Made by a program: the position numbers and the translations under genes
Notes under the pieces: model-generated
Database searches by the model: none
What the model was told of the DNA's origin: nothing
What the model saw: only the letters and a program-made list of their open reading frames with translations
Shown here: positions 17,772 through 27,418 of the stretch, piece by piece
Position numbering within the stretch: position 1 is the stretch's first letter
How the letters are laid out: each line of letters opens with the position of its first letter
Origin: Candidatus Latescibacterota bacterium
Lineage (GTDB): Bacteria > Latescibacterota > UBA2968 > GCA-2709665
Length of the DNA stretch: 64,000 nt
Assembly: GCA_963667175.2 (NCBI GenBank)
Contig: CAXXXF010000002.1
Span: 1-64,000 of the forward strand
Direction of reading: 5' to 3'

Positions 17772-19868
17772 ATGAAACCACGAAAGATTCAGCGAATCGC
17801 CTTCCTGCAGGACTACAGGAACCGGCCGGAGTCGCTTGTGGACGAGATTCCGGAGGTGGCCGGCCTGGGTTACCACGAGGTTACCGTGGCGGCAGTGATC
17901 GGCCACGAAGAGGCGGTAGCGGAGGTGGCCGGAAAAGCGGAGGAATACGGCCTCGAGGTCTCCACGTTCACCGGATTCATGAAATACGCCTACCAGCATC
18001 TGGACGAGCATCCCGAGCAGAAGGCCGTGTTCAGCAAGGATGCGGACCACGAGGAACTGGGAAACCTGCCGGCCGTGTGGGGGTGTCCGTATAACAGGGT
18101 GTTCCAGAAACGGTACCTCGACTTCCTGGAAAGGCTGGCCGACATACCGAATCTCACGGAAGTGTGGGTGAACGACGAAGCCTATTTCGGGAGGGATATC
18201 GATCTTCTGGCGTGCTACTGCAAAACCTGCCAGGCGGATTGGGACCGAGAAATCGGCGGGAGGATTCCCATGCCGCCGTTCAGCGACATGGACGAGAAGG
18301 CGCGGCTGGTGACCTGGCGGTTCCGGCGCTGGAACGAAGTACACGGAAAAATGAAAAGGGCCCTGAACCGGAATCGCCGGATCCGGGCGGTGTTTCAGAG
18401 CGGCCCGCAGCCTTTCTGGGACATCAACCCCTGGATATGCGGCATGGACATCGACGGAATGGTCGAAGCCATCGACGGCCTCGCAGTCGACGCCTATTAC
18501 ACCTGCGTGCTGCCGGCGGTGGGCAGCGGCCTGTTCACACCGCCCGAAATTTTCCTGAGCGAGTGCTGTCGTTTCATCAGGGGGATGACGCTGGGAGAGG
18601 ACAAGGTGAGCGTGATGCTGGGGCAGGGGATGTCGCACCCCGAGTTCCACAGGCCGCTGGACGAAAAGGACGGATGGTGGCAGGCCGTGGTTCCGCCGGC
18701 CCTGGGCGTGGATCGCGTGACGGCTTATACGTACCGGCTTCAGCGGGCGTCGCCCATGCACCGGACCTTCCAGGAGGCGTTTCGTCTGGATCCCCATTTC
18801 GAACGCACCGAGCCCGTGGTCTCCGTCGCCGTCGTGGACAGTCTGGAAACGCAGTGTTACGACGAGTCCTTACCCGCCAGGGGCCGCGAGAACTGGCGCA
18901 TGAGCCGGATGTTCTCCATCGGGCAGATGGCCTCGCACTACGGTCTGCCCCATGGCTATCTGCCCTCGTCGAAGCTGACTTCCGAACATCTCGACCGGTA
19001 TCCGGCGGTGGTGCTGCCCAATGTCTCCTGCCTGTCCGGTGGTCAGCGGGACGCGCTCCTGGAGTATGTACGGGACGGCGGCACGCTGGTGGCGGCGGGG
19101 GAAACGGCCACCCGGGACGAAATGGGACGCCCTTCGGACCTGTCGTTTCTCAAGGAGGGTTTCGGGATCTCTTCTTGCACGCCGGCAGGGGGTCCCCGCA
19201 TCTTTGCCGCGGCGAGCGACCACGCGGCGTTCGATGACCTTCCATGGCCGGATGAGAAAACCGCGTGGGACCCGTGGAAGGGCGCCAACCGCCCTGTGCT
19301 CGGGCTGGACCTGGCGGTGGACGTGACGTCGGAAGACGAAGCGGACGTGCTGGCGGTGTTCGAGAAAGCGGGATCCCCGACCTCGGGTCCCGCCGTCACA
19401 TTGAAACGCTTCGGCAGGGGGAACGCCGTCTTCGTGGCGGGCATCCCGTCTCGATGGATGGATCTCAGGCCGGCGGGCACCACCGTTCTCAGCTTTTCCC
19501 GCCAGGTGCTGGCTCAGTTGATCCTGTCGCTGGTGGGAGAGAGGTTGCCTGTGGTCGTGAAGGGCTTTCCACCCCGGGCACCGCTGCAGGAGGTCAGGCC
19601 GCTGGATATTCGCTGGAAGCCGACCGTGGAAATCATGCCCTCGGTGGGCGAGGACCTGATTCTGGTGACCGTTCCGTCCTACTTCAGGGAGCCCGGCGCA
19701 TTCCGGATCGAAGCGAGGCTGCCGGACGGCAAACAATGCGCCGACGTACGGGAACTGGTGTCGGATCAGCCCATCGCAGAAGCGAGACAGGACAAACGGG
19801 CGGTGGAGATTGACGTCAACCTGACCACCGAGGACTTCCTGAAGGTGTATGCATTCTATTTGATTTAA
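17772..19868 (+). CDS. GH42-like TIM barrel with beta-galactosidase trimerisation (GATase-like) domain
   Basis: GCP, VNDE, CYCKTC zinc motif; LDRYPAVVLPNVSCLS...YVRDGGTLV. Confidence 0.75.
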   Translation: MKPRKIQRIAFLQDYRNRPESLVDEIPEVAGLGYHEVTVAAVIGHEEAVAEVAGKAEEYGLEVSTFTGFMKYAYQHLDEHPEQKAVFSKDADHEELGNLPAVWGCPYNRVFQKRYLDFLERLADIPNLTEVWVNDEAYFGRDIDLLACYCKTCQADWDREIGGRIPMPPFSDMDEKARLVTWRFRRWNEVHGKMKRALNRNRRIRAVFQSGPQPFWDINPWICGMDIDGMVEAIDGLAVDAYYTCVLPAVGSGLFTPPEIFLSECCRFIRGMTLGEDKVSVMLGQGMSHPEFHRPLDEKDGWWQAVVPPALGVDRVTAYTYRLQRASPMHRTFQEAFRLDPHFERTEPVVSVAVVDSLETQCYDESLPARGRENWRMSRMFSIGQMASHYGLPHGYLPSSKLTSEHLDRYPAVVLPNVSCLSGGQRDALLEYVRDGGTLVAAGETATRDEMGRPSDLSFLKEGFGISSCTPAGGPRIFAAASDHAAFDDLPWPDEKTAWDPWKGANRPVLGLDLAVDVTSEDEADVLAVFEKAGSPTSGPAVTLKRFGRGNAVFVAGIPSRWMDLRPAGTTVLSFSRQVLAQLILSLVGERLPVVVKGFPPRAPLQEVRPLDIRWKPTVEIMPSVGEDLILVTVPSYFREPGAFRIEARLPDGKQCADVRELVSDQPIAEARQDKRAVEIDVNLTTEDFLKVYAFYLI

Positions 19869-20453
19869 ATGTGCCGATTGGTATAAATCATGCGTCTTTC
19901 ATCCGAAATCCACAAGAAAAACTTACTGATGAAATTCATTTGAAAAATGTGGAGCAAATCAACCATGATCCTTCAGTTACAAGAACGCCATTAGTAGAAG
20001 CGGCCTTACCATTTACGATCGTATTCCCGGGGATAGACCCGATCTGTTTATAGCAAGCCAGGAACTCGAGGAAATACTGAAAGAGGGTCTCATTGGAATT
20101 TCGCTTAGCGGATTTGCGTTGCGGACCAGATCAAAAGTCGTCAAGGCTGAAGTATGCAAGGCGATTGGTTCTCCGGTACCAGGATCCTTTAAAAAGACGC
20201 AGCCAAGGTTTCCCGGCCAGAACTTTGACGTATACATCCAAAAGTCCAATAACCTGCAGGTCTGGAACGAGGATCTCGACGCATCTCGCAGGTACGTAAT
20301 TGTGCGGGTTGATGAGGACAATCGGATATGCAACGTCAGGGTAGTTTCCGGTGCAGAACTTGCTAAACTGGATAGAACGGGCGCACTGACCCAAAAATAT
20401 CAAGCCGCTCTAGCCTGCTTGGTCGGCGGAATTTGTAGTGTTTGAGTCAAGTT

Positions 20454-22077
20454 TCATGCGGCGAGTTTGGCTTGATGGCAATGGTTGTGGATGAGCGATT
20501 CGAGTTTGTAAAAGGCGTTGCGGATGGGGTTTGGGTTGGTTCTGTCCAGGGTAAGGGTGAGCCCGGATCGCAGGACGCGTGCATACGTTCGACTGTAAAA
20601 CAGGGCAATACGAAGGCCGTCGTCGGTGACGTGGTAACGATGGGTGCCGGGGATACGCTGTATGAGGCGTCGCAGCCGCAGTCTGCGCAGTTGATAGGTC
20701 ATCATGCCGGGTGTGAGTTGGCTGGGGTCAAGGCCCAGGAGTGGAGCGAGGCGCTCCCTGAGATCACGGTTGCTAAACCCTGTGATGTTCAGCCGGAAGA
20801 GGACCAGTGCCTGCAAGAGCAGCTGCGTGCGATGATCGCCGAAGCGTAGGGCGGACGTGCGTTGACCGTCTACGACGTCAGGCTGTTGAAGCTTGTGGAA
20901 AGCGTCTTCGCCGACGGTGCAGTCATGGCTGATGCTTTGGACGTTCAGGAGACGTCGGTTGGCTTGAAAGCCGACCTGTCGCAGGGCGCTCAGGTTGTGC
21001 AGCCTCTTGCCGATGGCGAAGTCGTAGGTGTTGTTGATGGTGGTTTCGGTGCGCAGGGCGCGTCCTTCTTTATGATACTGATGGATCTTGGAGCTTTTGT
21101 AGTCCACGTACAGGGAAGGGCTCACGCCGTGTGTGATGACGCGGGTACGGAAACGCCCGGGCGTGCGTCGCGTCACCCGACGATCAAAGATCAACTGGAT
21201 CTGGTCAGGACGCCCCAGGTCGAGATTCTCCCGCAGAACCTGCTCGAAGAACACCCGCCCGGTGTGGGGACGGTCGAAGACCTGGGTAAGCGCAAATTCG
21301 GCCTGCAGCATGGACACGTCATACGTATAACCGGCTTGGCGGTCTTCTTCCGTATACGGATGCGGTAAGCGCGCAAACCACTTATTGACAAGCCTTCGGA
21401 TGTGAAAAGCGGAAAGGTTGTTGCAAATGTGCTGGAGAAGGATCGGATCCTGGCAGGACAGAAAGCCGTTGTCCAGACTCTCATAAGCAACGCCCCGTTG
21501 GTCGAGTTGACACTTGGCATACTCATGACCATTGATGCACAACTTGGCCGTGTAAGGGAAGTAGGTGCAGAACTTGAGAAAGAACAGCCCGAAATCCTTG
21601 TCCACGCAGTAAAAGTAGAAGTGGTTGACCATTGCGGTGGAACGAACGATCCACGGATAGGGCGCTCCCGTATCTTCCCGCCGCCGCCGTTGCGTTCGAA
21701 ACACGACGGCCTTTTCCTGAGCGCTGCCCACGAAGACCACGCCCTCGTCGCCCTTGAAGCGCTTGAGGTGTTCCCGTGCGATATCTTCTTTCCGCTGACC
21801 CTTCTTGAAGCGCACCAGAGGAATCTCCTCGTCCTCAACGAACCGGCGTATAGCCTTCACAAAGGCCCTGGACCGATCCGCCACGACCACCGTCGATGGC
21901 ACCGGGTAACCCAGATGATACTTGACAAACGAGACCATCCCCAACGCACGCTGCCTGCCTGCTGCAGGCAGGTAAACCAGGCACATACACATTCAAATAC
22001 ATCCGATCAATGCTCTCCACTTCCAACGTCACGCGGTCCTTTAATAGTTGCGATACCGACAATTCCGTCTTATTCAT
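20454..22077 (-). pseudogene. Putative transposase/Rep-like protein with C-terminal wHTH (534 aa once repaired); frameshifted by a 19-bp insert
   Basis: ORFs 21835-22077 and 20454-21992 join as YVPGL-QRALGMV when 21954-21972 is removed (1605 nt); motifs SSKIHQYHKEGRALRTETTIN and TYQLRRLR...LIQRIPGTHRYHVT. Confidence 0.85.
21954..21972. repeat. 19-bp palindromic insert CCTGCCTGCTGCAGGCAGG
   Basis: Same 9-bp termini as the palindromes at 15526-15588 and 36575-36607. Confidence 0.9.
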
Positions 22078-22081
22078 GATC

Positions 22082-22205
22082 AGGCTCCAGTTAGCACGGT
22101 CTCAAAGACCAACTACCGCCATTGCGGTCCAATAATCGGGGTCCCTAAAAGGACAACCGACGCTCAACTGGGGCCTATTTTATTTACACAAACGCTCTTA
22201 CGCAA
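22082..22205 (-). promoter_or_regulatory. Element promoter and structured leader (candidate cis-RNA/ncRNA)
   Basis: TTGCGT-17bp-TAAAAT (22205-22177), then a closing stem 22162-22176/22082-22095 that encloses three hairpins. Confidence 0.65.
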
Positions 22206-22799
22206 CAACACGTCTCGGCGGTCTGAGGCGAAGCCTCGCTAGATGTTGGAACTGCCGCATGTGAGTTGGTATCGACGGACGATGCAATACCAGCACAACT
22301 TATCGGGGAAAAACCGTCGGAGCGTTTAATCGATCCAACAGAAAATCCTTCGTTGAGTTCGCTAATCCCTATTCGAATCTTGTTCGAAATGCTAAAGTGT
22401 ACGATCGGGATGAAAGTCGACTATTTGGGAATGGATCAAGAGAGAAATCGTGGCTCAGCACTTCACAAGGCGGTCACAAGTCTATTGGGCTACTCTGTCT
22501 TCGCAGACAAGGGCACATTCCCGGACATTCCAAACCAACTCTTGGAAACCAAACTTCAGACCTCCCGGACCATAGACTTGGGTCTTGTGACGCCCGACAG
22601 CAAACAGGCCCTTGACTATCCGGCAATGGACGGAAGTATTGTCCTACGACACTGTGATGTCAGATACGCGATGTTTTACGGCGATTTGACTGGCAATTCA
22701 GTAAGAATCACCAATTTTTACCTGACGACTGGGAGGGATTTCTTTTCGAGATTTAGGCGCTTTGAGGGAAAAGTGTTAAACAAAAAACTACAAATACCC

Positions 22800-24488
22800 C
22801 TACCTTCGGATTTCTTCATCTGAAAATCCAAATGCCTTCCAGACCAAATCGTCAACAGTACGCATCAACTCGGTCTTTTCGTCGGACGTACAATTGAAAA
22901 CCTGTCTTGCCATCTTGGCGAGTTGAATCGCTGAATCCGAATCTGGATTTGGAAGAGGGAATTGCTCGACATATTGGGTGTTGAATCGTCTTCTTCCGGC
23001 ATATAGTTTATTGTTGAAGTTGCGGTCGTAGAAATATTCTACGAATGAAGAGTTGGCTACAGCAAGAGCGAGCCAGGTAAGCTCATTTTCTTCAGAGCAC
23101 GAAATCCAATAGCAATCACCGTTTACGACTGTACCGTCCAAGTCCAGCCAGAATGTAGGATGTTCAGCAATATCACGAAAGACAATTTTGGATTTTTTCC
23201 AAGCTCCAGGATCCTGGGGTACCCAAATCTCGTACCACTTTCTTCCCGCGTCAATTACATACTTCCTACCCTCAAGTTGGCTTCTATGTTTCTCAAGATA
23301 CGCTTTCGATCTTGGATAATCCGCTAGATCGAAGGGACAGCGCTTACCTTCAATTGTAGTGTGAGGATAAAGAATCTTGCTTTTGGGTGTCTTCGACCTG
23401 TAAGGACTTCCAATGTGATGGGTTGTCAATTCCTCTAGCAACTCCGGTCGCTCATCCTCAGGCATGTTATCCCAATCTGATCTTATGAATATGCGATCAG
23501 CGGTCGTCTTTACACCCACCCTTACTTTGCCAAGATCCTTGAAAGTGGCAGCGGTGTACCTACTGACTTTATCTAACCAATCTCTACTTTCCTTTGTAGC
23601 TATTCGCCAAACGTCCTCTGGCTTTCTGCCCGAATCCAACTCTCCCTTTTGGATCTTGAAGTACCCGTTAAATCTCGTCTTGACATGCCCGCGATGCCCT
23701 AGAGCATCGATCGGACTATCACAAGACTGAGCTTTTTTGACGGGGGAAGTAGCATAGATCGAAGTGAATTTGGCAGCAATCGGCGCCATTCTATGGGCCT
23801 TCGGTCTCAACATTAATACTGCGGGAAGTACAGCTGCCTCGAAAAGTTTCGTGTCGCCAAGATCCCAATTATGTGCAATTTCGTACAACTCCTTTATCCG
23901 TGCCCTTACACTTGCCCCGGATCTTGTCGTCATAAATCGATTTGAAACGATTATTCCAAGTATGCCGCTCGGGTGTATATACTGGGCAATCGCAACAATA
24001 AACGCATAGTAGAGGTCGACCCTTCCCTTTAGTCCGAATTGGCGAGCTATGGCTTTGGACCTCTTGGAACCTAATACTTGAGTTCTCACGTACGGTGGAT
24101 TTGAGATCACAAGATCGAATTGTTGTCCTTGTTTGCGCTGAAATAGGTTAGTCTGCGACAAACGGTATTCTGACTGAGCGAGAAAGTCCTGATTATTGAA
24201 CTCAACGGAAACTTCGGGATACCTATCCCTTATTCTAGCCTCCGCAGAAAGCAATTCGTGATAATTGGTTTCGTACCCGCTCACCGAAATACTAATATCC
24301 ATCTGCAGAAGATTATTCAAAACAGCAAGCAACAGTTCACCATCACCGAGAGCGGGATCGAAAACACCTACATGGCGTCTGTTAGCTGGTGGCTTCCACA
24401 ATTTCAACATCTCTTCCGCAACAAATTCTGCCAGAACAGATGGAGTGTAATGCGATCCTGTAGATTTCTGTTCTGATTTAGTTATCAT
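22800..24488 (-). CDS. Type II N6-adenine DNA methyltransferase, M.BseCI/M.BanIII-like (probable ATCGAT specificity)
   Basis: QKSTGSHYTP, FDPALGDGELL, NPPYVRTQVLG, LKGRVDLY and DLGDTKLFEAAVLPA closely resemble M.BseCI as I recall it; convergent with the REase gene. Confidence 0.85.
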   Translation of the reverse strand: MITKSEQKSTGSHYTPSVLAEFVAEEMLKLWKPPANRRHVGVFDPALGDGELLLAVLNNLLQMDISISVSGYETNYHELLSAEARIRDRYPEVSVEFNNQDFLAQSEYRLSQTNLFQRKQGQQFDLVISNPPYVRTQVLGSKRSKAIARQFGLKGRVDLYYAFIVAIAQYIHPSGILGIIVSNRFMTTRSGASVRARIKELYEIAHNWDLGDTKLFEAAVLPAVLMLRPKAHRMAPIAAKFTSIYATSPVKKAQSCDSPIDALGHRGHVKTRFNGYFKIQKGELDSGRKPEDVWRIATKESRDWLDKVSRYTAATFKDLGKVRVGVKTTADRIFIRSDWDNMPEDERPELLEELTTHHIGSPYRSKTPKSKILYPHTTIEGKRCPFDLADYPRSKAYLEKHRSQLEGRKYVIDAGRKWYEIWVPQDPGAWKKSKIVFRDIAEHPTFWLDLDGTVVNGDCYWISCSEENELTWLALAVANSSFVEYFYDRNFNNKLYAGRRRFNTQYVEQFPLPNPDSDSAIQLAKMARQVFNCTSDEKTELMRTVDDLVWKAFGFSDEEIRR

Positions 24489-24532
24489 CGTTGTTTCCTT
24501 AACCCACGACCGCGTTTCTATATTCAATCTCC

Positions 24533-24575
24533 ATATTACTAAACATTTGAGCATCTGTCAATGTCGGAATTGACA
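24533..24575 (-). promoter_or_regulatory. MTase promoter with an inverted repeat over the -35
   Basis: TTGACA-17bp-TAATAT; TGTCAAT-N6-ATTGACA at 24556-24575. Confidence 0.55.
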
Positions 24576-24689
24576 TAAAGACACTGTCTTCACGCGATTT
24601 TTCGCGATTGGATTAATTTCGACTGAAATGTAGATGTCAACAACTTGAACCGCCAAGAGCCGTCTAATCTGCCCGCACTCCTGGCATAA

Positions 24690-25124
24690 TCAGGAACGAT
24701 TGAGTCGCGATCGGATACAGGCGTCCACACCGTATTTTCCGGAACCCACCAGCAGGAACATCACCGCGATCGACAGATACAGAATCGCCATTTCCTTTAC
24801 GCCGAATGGATCGGCAGCATGCACGCCGAATGCGGCCACCAGCATCGTGAATCCCATCAGCGCCGTGCCCGGCCGGGTCAGCAGTCCCAGCGCCAGCATC
24901 AGCCCGCCTCCGAACTCCCCGAACGCGGCCGCCCAGGCGAAAAACTCGGGAATTGGAAATCCAAGCTTTGCCGTGCCTGCCACCAATCCGGGGGACGGCG
25001 GGATCTTCCCGATGCCGTGCCCGAACGCCATACTCAGACCGGCAATGACCCTCAGAATCGCCAGTCCCAGATTCGCCTTGTCGGACTCAATCTCGGCGCC
25101 GCCAAACAACAGTTCCCTGTACAT
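24690..25124 (-). CDS. DoxX family membrane protein
   Basis: LAILRV..G..MAFGHGIGK, EFGGGL.LALGLLTR and GSGKYGVD motifs. Confidence 0.9.
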   Translation of the reverse strand: MYRELLFGGAEIESDKANLGLAILRVIAGLSMAFGHGIGKIPPSPGLVAGTAKLGFPIPEFFAWAAAFGEFGGGLMLALGLLTRPGTALMGFTMLVAAFGVHAADPFGVKEMAILYLSIAVMFLLVGSGKYGVDACIRSRLNRS

Positions 25125-25252
25125 ACGATTTCTCCCTCTTGTGGAATGGATCAATACGTGAATGTACCAGTTCCTTACATCGCTTTATGAGTCCGAGCCA
25201 CAGCGATAATCACATCTCAAATGCCGGTCCGTACGCACTTTAGAGTCGCTTC

Positions 25253-26002
25253 CTACTCTACAAGTGGAACGAAGTCCTTGCTGGTCATCGGTTTGTGATT
25301 TTTCCAATGAGCCTTCATCTCAATCAGAACCCGTTGCTTCGACGGCGCAGGTAGCGGATTCACGCGGACTACCTCGGCACGATAATCTCCTGGCGACTCA
25401 GCCATCGCCTTTACCAGATCGTCCACCAGATATCGGGGCGCCCATCCGATCATGTGGTAATCTTCAGTCTGGATTTGCACAGCCAGACCGGTCTTCGGAT
25501 TGGTCAACTCAAGCGTCACGTAAAGCTGGTCGCCGGCTTCAAGGTTCTCTATCCGCTTCTGTGCGGATTCATTGACGTGCCGCCATCCGTGCAGGAAGAA
25601 CCGGCAGACGAAACTACCGTCTTTGTCTTTTTCAAGCTTAGGAAAAACCTCGTAGGAATCCGTCACGCGGGAGCCGCCGCTCGTCGACAGAATCTCAATG
25701 GGATCGGCGCCCTCACGCAGGTCGAGATAACTGAGATAATCGGCACGATCCGGTCGCGCCCGATTAATAACCCGGTTTTGAAAGAGCGGAAAGAGTCTCG
25801 GTGAATCATACATCTCTTTCATGTTTGGGAACTCGATAAGAGGTGAAAATCCTACCTCTGCTTGTGCACGCTGCGCGCCTCCAATGTAGCGAAAGCGATA
25901 CAACGGACGATCCACGTCAGCGTCCAGTCGGCCCACGGGAAACCACTGCCTGCTCGATTCCTTTTTATGCTGCCAGGCTAGATATAGAGTTCTAACACTC
26001 AC
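25253..26002 (-). CDS. HipS-like N-terminal domain + HIRAN domain protein
   Basis: LYLAWQ..WFPVGRL, LFPLFQNRV...RPD; C-terminal FFLHGWRH...IGWAPRYL. Confidence 0.8.
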   Translation of the reverse strand: MSVRTLYLAWQHKKESSRQWFPVGRLDADVDRPLYRFRYIGGAQRAQAEVGFSPLIEFPNMKEMYDSPRLFPLFQNRVINRARPDRADYLSYLDLREGADPIEILSTSGGSRVTDSYEVFPKLEKDKDGSFVCRFFLHGWRHVNESAQKRIENLEAGDQLYVTLELTNPKTGLAVQIQTEDYHMIGWAPRYLVDDLVKAMAESPGDYRAEVVRVNPLPAPSKQRVLIEMKAHWKNHKPMTSKDFVPLVE

Positions 26003-26901
26003 TGAACAAGCCCTCCTAACTGCTCACTGCTATAGCGCATCTGCGCAATAGCGAACTTTCTGGCCGAAGGAGACACCCAATTACTCGGCACCCGATCCAC
26101 GAGTTCAATTAAGGATTTCTCGTCCAGTTTTTCGAGGTTTTGGAGCGCAGGGCGGAAAATATCCGGAAAGCTGCGAGTTGCAAGTCGCACAAGTTCAAGT
26201 GGGCTGGGGCCACGCTGGTCCGCCTCTGACCAGTAAATCGCCCCGTGCCCTCTTTCGACGTAGTTACCTACCCTATTCTCATCCAAAAGCCTGTCACGGC
26301 GCTCGTCTCGAAGCTCTCGGCCTAACGAAGAGGCATGATCGAATGACGGCGCCAACAAACACTCCAAGTACTCACCGGCAAGATTAAACAGAATCCCCCA
26401 GTTCTCGTGATGACGATCGGTATTGCCAATCACCGCGTCCAGAACAAGGTACTCTGCGATGCAGAGTTTCCCTTGCATCTTTGCTTCTGATTCTAAAAAA
26501 ACCTCGTCCATTACTTGCCAGATATTCTTCAGTGTATGATTCGACTGACCGTATTTCCTTCCGGCTACGTAACCGCGAACAAACCATTCCAACATCTGGT
26601 TGCCATGGACCAGTTCCTGTTCGTCGTGCACGAACGACTCCGTTGCTGATCCTCGCACTCCCTCAAAAATCGCCAAATCTACTGTCGCGTGCCGAATTTC
26701 CAGCAACTCGGCGATCCCAGCAGCAATCTTCTCGGCCCAGTGCTCCCCCGTATCCTCTCGCGGGTATTTGAAGAGCCACTCGCATTCGCCTTCTCCTGGA
26801 CGACGATACCAGAACTTCCTCTTGCTTCCCATTTCCTCAGGATCGAGGATCCATTCTTGTCTTACTTCCTTTACATCAAAAAAGCAAGGGCTCTTACTCA
26901 T
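25999..26901 (-). CDS. HipA-like serine/threonine kinase
   Basis: MGSKRKFW, WLFK, EKIA, DAVIGNTDRHHENWG and LAPSFDHASSLG motifs. Confidence 0.9.
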   Translation of the reverse strand: MSKSPCFFDVKEVRQEWILDPEEMGSKRKFWYRRPGEGECEWLFKYPREDTGEHWAEKIAAGIAELLEIRHATVDLAIFEGVRGSATESFVHDEQELVHGNQMLEWFVRGYVAGRKYGQSNHTLKNIWQVMDEVFLESEAKMQGKLCIAEYLVLDAVIGNTDRHHENWGILFNLAGEYLECLLAPSFDHASSLGRELRDERRDRLLDENRVGNYVERGHGAIYWSEADQRGPSPLELVRLATRSFPDIFRPALQNLEKLDEKSLIELVDRVPSNWVSPSARKFAIAQMRYSSEQLGGLVQ

Positions 26902-27418
26902 TTTTTCAAGTCAGGCGAACGGATCGAACAACATATGTGTATCGGTCTCTTCCGATTTTTAAAATTCGCGTCGTTGGACATCCACTTAACGCCCAAAAAC
27001 CGACCCAGGTTGCGACGAATAGTCAGACGCTGTGCGATTCACCGAAGCGACGCTCTCTATCTCTTCAAGGGAAACTGGTGGTTTTGTCGCCAGCCTTTCG
27101 CGATCAGATGTCGGTAAGAGAATTCGCGCGGTTGAACGGAATCCGTACTCCGTCACGGTGTCAATCGTATTGCTCTTTGCGTCCCATAGGCTTACCTTAC
27201 ACCTGCCACAATTTCCCCCAATTCAGCTCGTTGTCAGACGCTCCGGACGCAATGCCGCACTGCTTTGCCTCCTGGAATCCCGCCCATCATTCAACATTGC
27301 CGGCGATCCAAGTATATCACATCACGTCCTGAAAAGCAAGAATGGTCAACTTCCACTCCCCCGTCGGATGCGGTGCGTGACGACCCAGTACTTGGCGGCG
27401 ATGAAAGGAGCATAGTTC

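Larger units (their letters stand above)
20414..22238 (-). mobile_element. 1825-bp IS-like element without terminal inverted repeats, bounded by CTAG (20410-20413 and 22239-22242)
   Basis: Precise removal restores the host reading frame; single large gene; higher GC than the interrupted gene. Confidence 0.9.
19965..22823 (+). pseudogene. Type II restriction endonuclease, partner of the BseCI/ClaI-like MTase; interrupted by an insertion
   Basis: Removing 20414-22242 gives a continuous frame (19975-20413 + 22243-22823 = 340 codons): ...LTQKYQAALDVGTAACELVSTDD...FPDIPNQLLETKLQTS, a PD-(D/E)xK motif. The ATG at 19965 behind GGAG is out of frame with the rest. Confidence 0.8.

Noticed and set aside
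21940-21995. Programmed ribosomal frameshift in the transposase
   Set aside because: No slippery run; the shift is fully explained by the 19-bp palindrome insert.
20442-22079. Plus-strand ORFs 20442-20849, 20862-21368 and 21402-22079
   Set aside because: Antisense shadows of the element's gene, with no motifs or RBS.
20414-22238. Assignment to the IS5/IS4 (CTAG-targeting DDE), IS110, IS91 or IS200 families
   Set aside because: No terminal inverted repeats, and no DDE, DEDD/Ser or HUH motifs recognisable by eye.
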